A stretch of DNA of 63,828 nt, the filler included, from Octopus bimaculoides (lineage: Eukaryota): NCBI RefSeq assembly GCF_001194135.2. It is 6 parts of 6 records of this genome, joined end to end, with 100 filler letters (N's around TTAATTAATTAA, not from the genome) between each part and the next. Parts side by side here need not be neighbours in the genome. Positions count along the whole stretch, not along the records: positions 57,444 to 63,828 come from NC_068984.1; 5 more parts are not named here. One strand, given 5' to 3'. Position numbers and translations under genes: made by a program. Every line of letters starts with the position of its first letter. Within the stretch, counting starts at the first letter, position 1. Below the pieces are notes generated by a model. It did not search any database, was not told where the DNA came from, and saw only the letters and a program-made list of their open reading frames with translations. Below, in pieces: positions 61,706 to 63,828 of this stretch.

Positions 61706-62315
61706 TAAATTTTGCCTGGTGTAAGGATATAGTGCAGACATTTGTTAATGAAAGTCTGTAGACTTGTTAACAAATCTCTGTAGCATTGACAATGGAATGG
61801 AAGATGCAGAGTTTAATAATTGGGGAGAGAACTTCAACCAGACTGGTTCCAAGATGGGAGACAAGGAACTGTTTTCCTGTGAGTTTTAATATGTTTATTA
61901 ATCATATAAATAAAACATAACTCAACCATGATGGTTGGTATTCTACTTTATATACACAAGATCTGAATGATGCTGATATTTTCCCTACTTATTGAGATTA
62001 AGTATCACTTAAGCATTCTAACATCTTCCAAAAGTACTTCGCACAGTATTCATTCAACCAGCTGGGATAATGTAAAGGATTCCCTATACAGCTTTAAGGA
62101 AATCTGAAGCTGGAAGAGCCAATATTTATACTGGAATGCTGAGAAGTCTGGTGCTTAATCTATTTTCACGTTGAGCCTAAATGTATATTTTCAAAACATT
62201 CTGTTGTAACATTATTTACAAATTTAATTGCAATAACACTGTTCTAATGCCTCAGTTTATAACTACATACAAACATATATACATACATATATGCAAACAT
62301 ACATGCATATATATA

Positions 62316-62363
<48 letters not shown>

Positions 62364-62955
62364 NNNNNNNNNNNNNNNNNNNNNNNNNNNNNNNNNNNNN
62401 NNNNNNNNNNNNNNNNNNNNNNNNNNNNNNNNNNNNNNNNNNNNNNNNNNNNNNNNNNNNNNNNNNNNNNNNNNNNNNNNNNNNNNNNNNNNNNNNNNNN
62501 NNNNNNNNNNNNNNNNNNNNNNNNNNNNNNNNNNNNNNNNNNNNNNNNNNNNNNNNNNNNNNNNNNNNNNNNNNNNNNNNNNNNNNNNNNNNNNNNNNNN
62601 NNNNNNNNNNNNNNNNNNNNNNNNNNNNNNNNNNNNNNNNNNNNNNNNNNNNNNNNNNNNNNNNNNNNNNNNNNNNNNNNNNNNNNNNNNNNNNNNNNNN
62701 NNNNNNNNNNNNNNNNNNNNNNNNNNNNNNNNNNNNNNNNNNNNNNNNNNNNNNNNNNNNNNNNNNNNNNNNNNNNNNNNNNNNNNNNNNNNNNNNNNNN
62801 NNNNNNNNNNNNNNNNNNNNNNNNNNNNNNNNNNNNNNNNNNNNNNNNNNNNNNNNNNNNNNNNNNNNNNNNNNNNNNNNNNNNNNNNNNNNNNNNNNNN
62901 NNNNNNNNNNNNNNNNNNNNNNNNNNNNNNNNNNNNNNNNNNNNNNNNNNNNNNN

Positions 62956-62990
<35 letters not shown>

Positions 62991-63635
62991 CATCATCATA
63001 TATACATATATATAATGTATATGCACACACAGACACACACACACACACATTCACACACATATACATAGATATGCATACACACACATATATGTGTATGTAT
63101 GTGTGTATAAATATCATTGGCAAAAATAAACGAAGCCCTATCATGATTGTAGTACATCTAAGTGCTAGCCAAAAATGCTAAGCTATTTTTTCGTCACATT
63201 TATTCTTTTATCACAATCCTTTGCATTTCATAAATTCTTACCTTATATTTCTGGCTTTAAAAGGATATGAGAATTATGATGCAGAAATTAAATCATGAAA
63301 TTAAAGAAGCCTTTATAAAGATCATCTTAAAAGTACCCTTTTTTAGGAAACTCTCAATATATATGCTACTTTTTTTTTATCATAGGGTCTCTATGGTTTA
63401 ACTAAAAAAAGGACTAGGTAGAAATGTATATATATATATATATATATATATAATATGTGTGTATATTCGTATATACATATATGTAGATATATGTAGTCAA
63501 TTAAAAAAACAGTGAAGTAAAAGAAATAGAAAAAATAGATGTGAGGACGTAGCACAAGCAATATATTAATATAATGCTTGGTGAAAGAAGAGGGTTGTTG
63601 TTTTATGTTTTGAGCATATATGTATATGTGTGTGT

Positions 63636-63672
<37 letters not shown>

Positions 63673-63765
63673 TAAATGTTTATATCTATATATATATATA
63701 ATTTATCTTTTATCTTTTATACATATATTTTTGTATGTATGTATATGTATGTGTGTGTATATACA

Positions 63766-63828
<63 letters not shown>

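Overview
AT-rich, microsatellite-saturated, gapped eukaryotic scaffold. The tRNA-headed SINE families, RTE tails and repeat density suggest a cephalopod, probably Octopus (inference, not verified). I cannot support any intact host protein-coding gene, rRNA, tRNA gene or CRISPR array. Nearly all ORFs in the track are microsatellite or N read-throughs, or antisense shadows of transposons. The window is a graveyard of mobile DNA: (i) three Penelope-like elements (PLEs), two Hydra-like and one Neptune-like, one of them in an inverted/tandem pseudo-LTR arrangement; (ii) about ten minimal type-I hammerhead-ribozyme-like motifs from several unrelated sequence families, most with palindromic stem III, including one with an unusually long stem II present in three copies; (iii) a Gypsy gag-protease remnant split by a solo LTR that has a 4-bp TSD and an E-box/E2F/CCAAT/TATA promoter, next to a CR1-like RT; (iv) two full-length decayed mariners, a DD37D (maT) fragment, and CR1, RTE and CRE-like LINE pieces; (v) many SINEs. 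Unexplained structure includes a perfect 65-bp palindrome and an identical 126-bp duplication whose second copy is flanked by 9-bp inverted repeats. All alignments and folds were done by eye. Family names rest on recalled motifs, not database searches.
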